Of a stretch of 64,000 nt of DNA, positions 9,843-19,084 are shown piece by piece (position 1 is the first letter of the stretch; the number at the start of each line of letters is the position of its first letter). Origin of the DNA: an uncultured Chloroflexia bacterium (GTDB lineage: Bacteria > Chloroflexota > Limnocylindria > Limnocylindrales > CSP1-4); the NCBI GenBank assembly GCA_963746845.1, contig CAVVCZ010000004.1, positions 1,350,407 to 1,414,406 on the forward strand. Direction: 5' to 3'. The position numbers and the translations under genes are program-made. A model generated the notes under the pieces. It was not told the DNA's origin. It made no database searches and saw nothing but the letters and a program-made list of their open reading frames with translations.

Positions 9843-10809
9843 TTCGGAGCCGGCCGGTTCCGGGCGCATCGATCGTCACGGTCGCGCCGGCGTCCCCGGG
9901 GAGGCGGTCGCCGTCGACGAGCTCGACCGTCTGGTACGGGAGGTGCGCTCCGGCTCCGGGTGCCGCGAGGATCGGGACCTCGCACGGGATCGCCAGCATC
10001 TCGGCGCCGGCGGCATGATCCGGATCGGGGCTGGTGAGGAGGATCGCGCGAAGGACGCCGCCGCGGCGATCGATCGTCTCCTCGATCGTGCGGATCGCCG
10101 CCTCTGACGGGTCGCCCGGGTCGACGACGATGACCTCCCGGCGGCCGAGCACGGTCGTCTCGCATCCTCGACCGGGCAGCCCACCGGCGCCCCCGAAGGC
10201 GAGGCGGACGATCCACTCCTCCTCCGCGGTGACCACCGGCGGGGCGACAGGCTCGAAGCGGATCCGCTCGGCCACGTCGCCGGCAGATCGTGCGCGGATC
10301 TCGAGCAGACGCTGGAGGACGGAGGTCGTCGGGACCCACATCTCGATCTCGCCCGCGCTCAGTCGCCGGAAGGCGGCCGACGGGGTGAGCCACGCGTGCC
10401 CGGCGACCTCTCCCGGTGAGAAGTCGGTCTCGGCGCCATCGGGCAGATCCGCGACGAAGAACCACGTCGAGAACCGGCGAGGCATGAACACCGGCGTCGT
10501 GAAGTGCGCGATCGGAACGAGGGCGGCGGCATCACCGAGGTGGACGCCGATCTCCTCCTGGACCTCCCGGATCGCGGCTCGTCGGAGGGCGGCAGACTCG
10601 ACGGCCGAGACGTTACCGCCGAGGTCGTCGGAACCCGGCTCCCCGACCGCGTCGTCCGGATCGACCTTCCCACCGGGGAAGACATGGAGGCCGGGCCCGA
10701 ACGCCATCGACGCCGGGCGCTCGATCAGGAGGACCTCGGGCTCGGTACCCGGACCGGGTCGGACGAGGACGACGGTCGCCGCGGCTCTCGGTTCGGCCGG
10801 CGTGCTCAG
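9802..10809 (-). CDS. NUDIX hydrolase fused to truncated metallo-beta-lactamase-like domain
   Basis: [11 protein letters not shown]...VFPGGKVD...[10 protein letters not shown] Nudix box, then VVDPGD and [13 protein letters not shown]. The frame extends upstream of ATG 10707 to a CTG at 10809. Confidence 0.75.
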   Translation of the reverse strand: MSTPAEPRAAATVVLVRPGPGTEPEVLLIERPASMAFGPGLHVFPGGKVDPDDAVGEPGSDDLGGNVSAVESAALRRAAIREVQEEIGVHLGDAAALVPIAHFTTPVFMPRRFSTWFFVADLPDGAETDFSPGEVAGHAWLTPSAAFRRLSAGEIEMWVPTTSVLQRLLEIRARSAGDVAERIRFEPVAPPVVTAEEEWIVRLAFGGAGGLPGRGCETTVLGRREVIVVDPGDPSEAAIRTIEETIDRRGGVLRAILLTSPDPDHAAGAEMLAIPCEVPILAAPGAGAHLPYQTVELVDGDRLPGDAGATVTIDAPGTGRLRISGAGTPRGSGSG

Positions 10810-12857
10810 GAACCAACCGCCCGGAGCTCGGCGCCGAGGGCCACCGGCTCGGTGACCGGCAGCCGGCAGGCGAAGTCGCGGCAGACATACGCCGTCGGTC
10901 GCCCATCGATCATCGTCCGATCCGCCAGCAAGGGGATCGCGGAGCGATCCGGATCGGTGCTGATCGCGACCGCGAGGTTCGGTGGCTCGCCTTCGCGCGC
11001 CGTGGCCAGGAGCGCGCGCGTGGCCGGGTCGGCGACGTCGCCGACGATCGCGAGCTCGATGATCCCGGCGGTCTCGAGGGCCGCGCCCGAGAGCCAGTTC
11101 GCGAAGCCGGTCGGATAGCGGCCGAGGTACGCCGTGACGCTCGCGAGCGCGCGCTCCGCGGCGGCGCGGTACCGCGGCTCGCCGGTCAGAGCGCCGAGCC
11201 GGAGGAGGACACGCGTCGCCATCGAGCCGCCCGACGGCGTCGCGTTGTCCTGGGGGTCCTTCGGCCGGGTCACGAGCGTCTCGTGGTCGTCGGCGGTGTC
11301 GAAGAAGCCGCCGGCCTGGTCGACGAAGTGGTCCAGGATCGCATCCGCGAGCTCACGCGCGGCGACGAACCATCGTTCGTCGAACGTCGCGTCGTACAGG
11401 GCGAGGAGCCCGTCCGCAACGTCCGCGTAGTCTTCGAGGACGCCCTCGCCGCTCGATCGGCCGTCCTTCCACGAGCGACCGAGCCGGCCGTCCGGCCGGC
11501 GGAGACCGGCGAGGATCGCGTCGGCGGCGGCGATCGCCGCGTCGCGATAGCGCGTCGCGGCGTCGGGATCGGCGTCCGCGAGGAGCCGTGCACCATCGGC
11601 GAACGCCCCGATCGCGAGGCCGTTCCAGGCGGCCAGCGCCTTGTCGTCGCGCGCGGGCTGGGGACGCGCCGCCCGGATGGCGAGCAGACGCGCCCGGGCA
11701 TCCGCGAGGTCCGCTTCCCGCGCCGTGTTGATCGAGCCGTCCTCCCCGACGGCGGGGTGGAGCCGCGACAGGATCGTCCGGCCCTCCCAGTTCCCGGCGT
11801 CGCGAACGCCGTACGTCGTCGCGAACGCCCCGGCGTCGGGACCGAGTGCGGCGGCGATCTCGCGCGCGGTCCAGGTGAACGTCGCCCCCTCGACCCCGTT
11901 CGTGTCCGCGTCCTGGCTCGCGGCGAAGGTCCCGTCGTCCCGTCGCAGCTCGCGGAGCAGGTACTCGAGCACGCCGATCGCGACGTCGCGGTACCGGTCG
12001 AACCCGAAGATCGCCCAGGCCCGCAGGTAGGTCCTCGCGAGCTGGGCGTTGTCGTAGAGCATCTGCTCGAAGTGCGGCACGAGCCAGATCGGGTCGGTCG
12101 CGTAGCGATGGAAGCCGCCGCCGAGCTGGTCGTGGATCCCGCCGTCGGCCATCCGGTCGAGCGTATAGCGGACCATCGCCGCCGACGCCGGATGCCCGGT
12201 CGCGACCCGGCCCATGAGGAAGTCGAGCGTCATCGGCTGGGGGAACTTCGGCGCGCCGCCCCACGACCCGTTGAGGCTGTCGAACCGCCGGCGGAGCTCA
12301 TCCTCGGCCTCGGCCAGGAGGGACTCCGTCGGCGCGGCACCGCCGACGGGGAGCTGGTTCTGGCGGACGAGCGCCTCGACGAGCTTCTTCCCGGACGCGA
12401 CGACCGCCCGCCGGTCCTCGCGCCACGCCCGGGCCGTGCCGGCGAGGACCTGGCGGAAGGCGGGCAGCCCGTGGTGGGGCTCTGGCGGGAAGTACGTCCC
12501 GCCGTAGAACGGCTGCCCGTCCGGGGTCAGGAAGACGCTCATCGGCCAGCCGCCCCCACCGGTCAGCGCCTGGACGGCGCCCATGTAGACCTGGTCGAGG
12601 TCGGGCCGCTCCTCGCGGTCGACCTTGATCGCGACGAAGTCCCGGTTCAGGTCGGCGGCCGTGTCCGCGTCCTCGAAGCTCTCGCGCTCCATGACGTGGC
12701 ACCAGTGGCACGCCGCGTAGCCGATCGACAGGAAGATCGGCTTGTCCTCCGCCTTCGCCTTCGCCAGCGCCTCCGGTCCCCACGGGTACCAGTCGACCGG
12801 GTTGTGCGCGTGCTGGAGGAGGTACGGGCTCGTCTCGCCGGCGAGTCGGTTGGGCAT
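10806..12857 (-). CDS. yyaL: Thioredoxin-domain protein YyaL/SSP411 family
   Basis: [64 protein letters not shown]. Confidence 0.92.
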   Translation of the reverse strand: MPNRLAGETSPYLLQHAHNPVDWYPWGPEALAKAKAEDKPIFLSIGYAACHWCHVMERESFEDADTAADLNRDFVAIKVDREERPDLDQVYMGAVQALTGGGGWPMSVFLTPDGQPFYGGTYFPPEPHHGLPAFRQVLAGTARAWREDRRAVVASGKKLVEALVRQNQLPVGGAAPTESLLAEAEDELRRRFDSLNGSWGGAPKFPQPMTLDFLMGRVATGHPASAAMVRYTLDRMADGGIHDQLGGGFHRYATDPIWLVPHFEQMLYDNAQLARTYLRAWAIFGFDRYRDVAIGVLEYLLRELRRDDGTFAASQDADTNGVEGATFTWTAREIAAALGPDAGAFATTYGVRDAGNWEGRTILSRLHPAVGEDGSINTAREADLADARARLLAIRAARPQPARDDKALAAWNGLAIGAFADGARLLADADPDAATRYRDAAIAAADAILAGLRRPDGRLGRSWKDGRSSGEGVLEDYADVADGLLALYDATFDERWFVAARELADAILDHFVDQAGGFFDTADDHETLVTRPKDPQDNATPSGGSMATRVLLRLGALTGEPRYRAAAERALASVTAYLGRYPTGFANWLSGAALETAGIIELAIVGDVADPATRALLATAREGEPPNLAVAISTDPDRSAIPLLADRTMIDGRPTAYVCRDFACRLPVTEPVALGAELRAVGS

Positions 12858-12882
12858 GTGCTGATGGTAGGCGCCACGTGGC

Positions 12883-13419
12883 TCAAGCCTGCGGCCGTGC
12901 CTCCGCGCGCAGCTTCGCGAGGTAGGCGGACGCCCCTGCGTAGTCGGGCCAGGTCGATCGGCGCGGCGAGCCATACGGCGCCGGGCGCTCGGCCAGGAGG
13001 TGACCACCGGGGCCGGCAACCGCCAGACCGCGTGGTCCTGCGGCCGTCAACAGAGCGCGGTCCGCCGTGTACAACGTCGCGTCCATCACCTCTGCCAGCG
13101 CCAGGTAGACCGCGTCGTACGCGGTCAGTGCGAGACGGTCGGCCCGATCGAGCGCCAGGAGGACCAATGCCCGGTCCACCTCCACCGTCGTCAGTCCGAG
13201 CTCATCGATCCCGTGGATCGCTTCGATCACCGCGCGCGACGGGAGGTGATGGCGACGGAGCAGGCTGTTGGTGACCTCGAGCCAGAACGGCGACGGCACG
13301 AGAATCTCGACGCGCGCGGTGCGCCACGTTCGCAGATGACTGATCACGTCGGTCGCGGCCGGCTCCTTCAGGACGAGCGAGAGAAGGACCGATGCGTCGA
13401 CGACGACCCGCTCGCTCAT
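12883..13419 (-). CDS. vapC: VapC-like PIN-domain toxin
   Basis: [41 protein letters not shown] overlap with the antitoxin. Confidence 0.88.
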   Translation of the reverse strand: MSERVVVDASVLLSLVLKEPAATDVISHLRTWRTARVEILVPSPFWLEVTNSLLRRHHLPSRAVIEAIHGIDELGLTTVEVDRALVLLALDRADRLALTAYDAVYLALAEVMDATLYTADRALLTAAGPRGLAVAGPGGHLLAERPAPYGSPRRSTWPDYAGASAYLAKLRAEARPQA

Positions 13420-13757
13420 TCGTCGACCGCCGGCCGGGCCGAGCGAATCGCCTCCTCGATCTGATCCGCGCGCCGCTCGCGTTCCTGCCGGAGCCACTCG
13501 GCCTCCGTCAGGCCATCGTTCGGCGGCGGGTACTCGGCAGCGAGCCGCACGCTCAACGCCTCGAGGCGGTCCAGCGCCGCGAGCGACCGGGCGATCCGCG
13601 CCTCCTTCTCCTCGTCGAAGCGGCGTCCGTCCTCGGGCGACACCAGCCACGCGATCGGTCGATGGTCGCGCTCGATCAGGATCCGCTCGCCGGCCGACGC
13701 CGCGTCCAGGATCTCGCCGAGGCGTTTGCGCATGTCCGTCGGCGTCACGACTCTCAT
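13416..13757 (-). CDS. Phd/YefM family antitoxin
   Basis: MRVVTPTDMRKRLGEILDAASAGERILIERDHRPIAWLVS is a Phd-type N-terminus. Lies directly upstream of the PIN gene. Confidence 0.85.
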   Translation of the reverse strand: MRVVTPTDMRKRLGEILDAASAGERILIERDHRPIAWLVSPEDGRRFDEEKEARIARSLAALDRLEALSVRLAAEYPPPNDGLTEAEWLRQERERRADQIEEAIRSARPAVDE

Positions 13758-13761
13758 GGTC

Positions 13762-13793
13762 GACCATGATGGTGGCCATCATGGTCACGTCAA
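13762..13793 (-). promoter_or_regulatory. TA promoter with autoregulatory operator
   Basis: Perfect palindrome GACCATGATGG-TGG-CCATCATGGTC (13762-13786) between TTGACG (13788-13793, minus) and the antitoxin ATG. Confidence 0.75.
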
Positions 13794-13904
13794 GGTGATG
13801 CCCTGTCAGGACCAAGCCGCCCCGTAGACGGCACTCGCCGCTCCTTCAGCACGAAATCGATCCCTCACAGAGATCACAGGCCGGCCGGTGACTACGATGG
13901 GCGC

Positions 13905-14789
13905 ATGCGTTACGGACTCTGCCTGCCCAACTTCACCACCCTCGGTTCGACCGAGGCAATCGATGCGGCAGCCGACGCCGCCGACCGCCTCGGGTTCGAG
14001 TCCGTCTGGACCACCGACCACGTGCTCGTCGACCGCGGCGGCGACTCCGCCGACTACCGGACGAACTTCGACGCGATCGAGACGCTGGCCTGGGTCGGCG
14101 CGAAGCACCCGGGTCTGGGCCTCGGGACGAGCGTCCTGGTCGTGCCGCAGCGGAACGCCGTCGTCCTCGCGAAGGAGCTGGCAACGCTCGATGCGCTGTC
14201 GAGCGGGCGGCTGACCGTCGGGGTCGGCGTCGGCTGGAACGAGAAGGAGTTCGGCAACATCGGCGTGGCCGACCAGTTCCACGTCCGGGGCGCCTACCTG
14301 GACGAGACGATCGCCCTCTGGCGGCACCTCTGGTCCGGCTCCAGCGAGCCGTTCGCGGGCCGGTTCTTCCACCTCGACGACTTCATCTTCGGCCCGCTCC
14401 CGTCGCAGCGATCGAGCCTGCCGATCTGGATCGGCGCCCGGACGGAGCCCGCCCTCGCCCGGGTCGGTCGCGTTGGCGACGGCTACCACTCGTCCGCGAC
14501 GTCACCCGAGGCCTACGCGAAGCGCATCCCGACGATCCGCGAGGCGGCCCACGCCGCCGGCCGCCCGATGCCGAAGCTGACGGCCCGCGTCCGCGTCTCC
14601 TTCGACGAGCCGGCGCAGTCCGCGGAGGCTCGCCCCTACTCGATCCGCGGCAACCCCGACGAGATGCGCGCCGAGATCCAGAAGTGGGACGACCTGAACG
14701 TCGAGCTGCTCGCCCTCTGGTTCAGCGCCGAAACGCCCGACGCCCAGCTCGCCGCGATCGAGCGGTTCATGAAGGACGTCGCCGAGTAG
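13905..14789 (+). CDS. LLM class (probably F420-dependent) oxidoreductase
   Basis: GFESVWTTDH, LGTSVLVVPQRNAVVLAKELATLDALSSGRLTVGVGVGW. Confidence 0.9.
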   Translation: MRYGLCLPNFTTLGSTEAIDAAADAADRLGFESVWTTDHVLVDRGGDSADYRTNFDAIETLAWVGAKHPGLGLGTSVLVVPQRNAVVLAKELATLDALSSGRLTVGVGVGWNEKEFGNIGVADQFHVRGAYLDETIALWRHLWSGSSEPFAGRFFHLDDFIFGPLPSQRSSLPIWIGARTEPALARVGRVGDGYHSSATSPEAYAKRIPTIREAAHAAGRPMPKLTARVRVSFDEPAQSAEARPYSIRGNPDEMRAEIQKWDDLNVELLALWFSAETPDAQLAAIERFMKDVAE

Positions 14790-15034
14790 CGTCATGACGC
14801 CCGGCGGATCTGGCGACACTTTCGCTCCTCGACCCCGGTCAGGGCGTCTGCCCGCAGGCCATCGGTGCAGCCCGGACGACGAGATCGGATATCGCCGCTG
14901 CTCAGGCGGCGAGTACGTCGGTCTTCCGCTGATCTGCTGGGAGACTACCCAACACGAGGTCGACTCGGCGGCGCGGGCCGGCGCCGATCCACGCATCGTC
15001 GAATGGGCAGGGCTGTATCTCGCCGACCGCGCTT

Positions 15035-16992
15035 CTATCGCTTGAGGTCAGTCTCGTCCAATCGTCGAAAGCCGTTCTGAACGAGGTAGTCGAACGTCTC
15101 ATCGAGGACCTTCGTCGGTGGAACGAACACGACGGTGGCATCTCGCCCTCTCGTGAGCAAGACTCGATACGAGTTCAGTCGCAACTGGTAAGGATCCCGG
15201 ACCCTCGCCGCGGATTGATAGCCGCGCGCAAAGGCGTTCGACCAACGTCCGTTCTTGCGGATCAGGTCATTTCCCCAGGCGAGCAGGACTGCGTCGAGCT
15301 CCAAACCCTGGCATCCAAACTCCGTCACGCACTCACGCAGCTCGCGGCATGAGCGCGCGGACGGGCTATCCTCCCCATCGGCGAACCAGGGCCCGTACCG
15401 AACGCGCTTGGTTGACTGGAAGTCATTCGGAATGCCGAACCTGGGCAGCAGGGAGTCTTTCGAGGACGCAATCAGCCCGAATCGAGCTTCCGGGTCGCCG
15501 GCGTAGCGCTCACGGAGGTATGCCTTCGCCTCGCCGAGATCGCGGGTAATTCGGAGGTGGTAGCCGCCCGCATCCAGGCGCCGCGCCACGGCCGCGGGCT
15601 CCTGGTCATGGGGCTCCTCGAGCAGAGCCTGAACGAAGCGATGGACCTCCGTCGCGAGGTGGAAACGCAACTCCTCGGTCAGGTGTAGCCGCTCCGCGAT
15701 CGAGACGCCAGCGAGCCCGTCGAAGACTGGCGCCACGTCTGGCGGAACGTGGACGGACCACTCCTGTCGGCGGCTCGAGCCCTGGACCGCTGACCGCCAT
15801 TGGCCGATGCCGGCCTCCTCTCCAACATGAATTCTTGCCCGGCACCGACGAGACCCACGACGACACACCACTCCGGGATGCGGTCCGCGAATGCGATGAA
15901 AGCTTCCGGCTCAGATCGACCTTCACCCGCGCCGCCATGCTTTCGGGCGACCTGCGCCGCGTCGAAAGCACGCTGGGCCTCATCAAAGATGAGGACGTGT
16001 TCCGGAGGGACTAGGTCAGGCTTGCCCGAATACCGGGCAACGTAGTCCTTGACGTCTCGGACGAACGCTTTGCCGCCCCCACCGGCACCGCGAAGCTCGT
16101 ATTGCAGGACCTGGATCAGCGGGCCATTTCCGGAGAGGTACACGGCCGGCGCGGACGGTTTGCCTTCGGACCGCGCGACGGCGAGGTCATCAAGGAAGCG
16201 AGCGTGGGCGAGTTGCAGACCCACGAGCGTCTTGCCGGTGCCCGGCAAGCCCGTGAGGAGAACAAGGCGTCGCGTCCTCGTCGCCGCCGCTTCTCGCACA
16301 ACTGCCGCGATGTAGTCCAGCGTCGGTTGAGTCGTTTCTGCGGCATATGTGACCCGTCGGATCTGCCCGTCCTCAAGGAGCTCACGAGCGGCTTCGACGA
16401 GCGATGGGAGTGGCCGATACGCAGCCGGATCGAGGAACCGATCGACTGAAACGGGCGAGCCCGGGAATCGCAGCTGAAGCTCGGACGCAAGACCGTCAAG
16501 CGCATCTGGTCCGATCACATCAACACCTGCGTCCGACCCTTGTCTCCCGGCGCCTCTCATGAGGACGAGCCCTGACGCGACCTCGCGCTTCGCGCATTCG
16601 CTGTGATATGCGCGAAGGTCACGCGCATAGGCAGCCGCCTGATCGATATCCACGCGCTCGGCGACAGCCTTGCCTTTGAGCTCAAGCACCAGGACTGCTC
16701 CACCCAGGAGCAACAGCACGTCGGGCCGCCGCGACTCCATCGGCAGTTGGTATTCGAGGATCGCCGAATAGCCTTCGTCGGCGACTGCGAAGCGGGCGGC
16801 GAGCTCCGCGGCTTCTCGTTGGAGCGGCGGGATTGAGTCGTCCCAGGCACGGACCTGCTGGGGGCTCGCGTCCGGGATGAACGCGACCAGCGCTTCGCTC
16901 ACATCCTCGGCTGGCGCCTCGCGGAACCGACGCAACGTCGACGACCAGCCGGCGTGCTCGGATCGCTCAGGGTAGGGTCGTTCCCCCGACAC
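15035..16992 (-). CDS. Nuclease + Schlafen group 3-type helicase (DUF2075-like), frameshift near 15830
   Basis: RRPDVLLL..VLELKG nuclease-like N-terminus, GLPGTGKT and LIFDEAQR in ORF 15679-16992. Continues as IHVGEEAG...CQGLELD...YRVLLTRGR in ORF 15035-15871. Confidence 0.8.
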
Positions 16993-17032
16993 CTCGCCAG
17001 GGTATCAACGTAACCAGCCGACGTTCGGTCGA

Positions 17033-18358
17033 CTACCTCGGCCGGGCGCTCGTCGTGATCGCGCCGGCCGAGCGGCCCTCCGGGTCGATCGCGCCGATGT
17101 CGGCCGCGGCCAGCGACACCGAGCGCACCCGGCGCTGCGACGGATGCAGCCGACGCAGCCAGACCCAGCCGCCGATCCCGCAGGCCAGGCTGAGCAACGC
17201 GCCGATCAACAGCGACAGCTGGACGCTCCACGCGGACGCGATCGCGCCCATCAGCAGCCCGCCGGCCGGCACGGAGCCCGCGAAGACCGTCGTGTAGACG
17301 CTCATCACCCGGCCCCGCAGCTGGTCGGGGACGCTCAGCTGGATCGTCGTGTTCGCCGTCACCGCCATCGCGATGCCGCCCGCGCCGGCGATGACCATCG
17401 CGAGGAGCGACAGCGGGAAGAACGTCGAGGCGGCGAGGATGACCGATCCGAGGCCCAGGGCGATCGCCCCGGTCGCGATCACGGTCGGACTCGGGCGCCG
17501 GGTGAAGGCAACCCACAGGGCGGCGACCGTCGAGCCGAGGCCGGACGCGGCCATCAGGAAGCCGTAGCCCGACGCCCCGACGTTCAGCACCGAGTCGGCG
17601 AGCGGCGGCACGAGGATCTGGAAGTTCATGCCGAACGTTGCGACCAGGCCGACGATCGTGACGGAGAGAAGGACGATCGGGGTCGACCGGACGAAGTGGG
17701 CGCCTTCGCGAAGGCTCTCGATCACCGCGCTGGCCGACCGCGGACGAGCGATCGGCGGGGCGGGTCGGAGCTCACTGTCGCGCATCGCGACGTACGCGAC
17801 GATCACCGCGATGAAGCTGATCCCGTTGATCAGGAAGGCGATCGAGGTGCCGAACGCCCCGATCAGGAGACCGGCGGCGGCCGGCCCGAGGACCCGCGAG
17901 GCGTTGAACAGCGCGGAGTTCAACCCGACGGCGTTGGCCATGTCTTCTCGACCGACCATCTCGACGGCGAACGACTGGCGGGTCGGCATGTCGACGGCGT
18001 TCGACACGCCAAGCAATGCGCCGAGGACCATCACCATCCAGACCTCGACGACCCCGGTCGCGGTCAGCGCGAACAAGGCGAATGCAAGAACCATCGCGAC
18101 GGTTTGGGTGACGATCAGCGTCTTTCGCTTCGGCAGCTGGTCGGCGATCACCCCACCGAACAGCCCGAAGATGATCACGGGTCCGAACTGGGCGACCGAC
18201 ACGAGTCCGAGCCAGAGCGGATCGTGGGTCAGCTGCAGGACGAGCCAGCCCTGGGCGACCTGCTGCATCCACGTCCCGACGAGGGAGATGGCCTGCCCGG
18301 CGAAGAACAGCCGGTAGTTGCGGTGCCGGAATGCCCGCGCGCCCTCGAACTCCCTCAT
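17033..18358 (-). CDS. MFS transporter
   Basis: FRHRNYRLFFAGQAISLVGTWMQ, GGVIADQLPKR, LRGRVMS. About 12 TM segments. Confidence 0.92.
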   Translation of the reverse strand: MREFEGARAFRHRNYRLFFAGQAISLVGTWMQQVAQGWLVLQLTHDPLWLGLVSVAQFGPVIIFGLFGGVIADQLPKRKTLIVTQTVAMVLAFALFALTATGVVEVWMVMVLGALLGVSNAVDMPTRQSFAVEMVGREDMANAVGLNSALFNASRVLGPAAAGLLIGAFGTSIAFLINGISFIAVIVAYVAMRDSELRPAPPIARPRSASAVIESLREGAHFVRSTPIVLLSVTIVGLVATFGMNFQILVPPLADSVLNVGASGYGFLMAASGLGSTVAALWVAFTRRPSPTVIATGAIALGLGSVILAASTFFPLSLLAMVIAGAGGIAMAVTANTTIQLSVPDQLRGRVMSVYTTVFAGSVPAGGLLMGAIASAWSVQLSLLIGALLSLACGIGGWVWLRRLHPSQRRVRSVSLAAADIGAIDPEGRSAGAITTSARPR

Positions 18359-18870
18359 CCGCGCCCTCGCGCGGGGCCGTCGTGCACGTGGTGGGCGGGC
18401 TCGCGGCCCGTCACGAGCTCGTCGATGTGCTCGAGCAGGTGGGCGCGACGCCGCTCGGCGTCTGTGATCATCGCGGTGAGTCGATCGGACTTCGCCTGGA
18501 GCGACTCGATCTGCCGATCGACCCGGGCCAGCGCATCGTCGACGATCGCCCGTCGCTCGGCGAGGTCCGACGTGGTCCGGAAGCGGTCGCGGTTGCGGGT
18601 CCGCGCCGCCTCGTCCTCGAGCATCCGGCTGATCTCGGCGAGGCTGAAGCCGGCTTCGTCGCGGAGGTCCTTGATGAACCGCAGCCGCTCGACGTCGTAC
18701 TCGTCGTAGAGCCGATAGTCACCGTCGCTCCGCGCGGCCGGCGTCAGCAGCCCGATCTCCTCGTAATAGCGGATTGTCCGGGCCGTCAGACCAAGGGTCG
18801 CGGCAACTTCCTGGATCCGGAGGAGCTTCTCGGTCGTCAATGCGGCTGTCGGGTCGTCGAGGTGGCTCAC
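18355..18870 (-). CDS. MerR family transcriptional regulator
   Basis: IQEVAATLGLTARTIRYYEEIGLL...YRLY...GFSLAEI. Confidence 0.92.
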   Translation of the reverse strand: MSHLDDPTAALTTEKLLRIQEVAATLGLTARTIRYYEEIGLLTPAARSDGDYRLYDEYDVERLRFIKDLRDEAGFSLAEISRMLEDEAARTRNRDRFRTTSDLAERRAIVDDALARVDRQIESLQAKSDRLTAMITDAERRRAHLLEHIDELVTGREPAHHVHDGPARGRG

Positions 18871-18877
18871 GGCGCTC

Positions 18878-18909
18878 AGGATACCCGACCTTGCCGTTTA
18901 CGTAAAGGT
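18878..18909 (-). promoter_or_regulatory. MerR-type operator and -10 box
   Basis: Dyad ACCTT-GC-CGT-TT-ACG-TA-AAGGT (18888-18909). TATCCT on the minus strand (18878-18883) lies 7 nt before the GTG start. Confidence 0.65.
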
Positions 18910-19084
18910 TAGGCCGACACGATGATTGAACGGTTCTGGCCCGGCGAACGTCCTGGTTGGTGCAGGAAGGCACCGAGAACGCGGAGTGAACCTCCGACGA
19001 ACGCAGGATGAATAGCTTGTTGCTATGGTCGCGGTCCGCCAACGGGTCTATCGTCGAGTGCTCAGGGCATCGATGGACGGCGTG

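Noticed and set aside
14794-15045. 83-aa plus-strand ORF
   Set aside because: No recognisable motif, RBS or typical codon pattern; left unannotated.
18959-18974. GGTGC-AGGAAG-GCACC hairpin reminiscent of SRP RNA
   Set aside because: Lacks the CAGG...GGAA...AGCAG internal loop and the long flanking helix.
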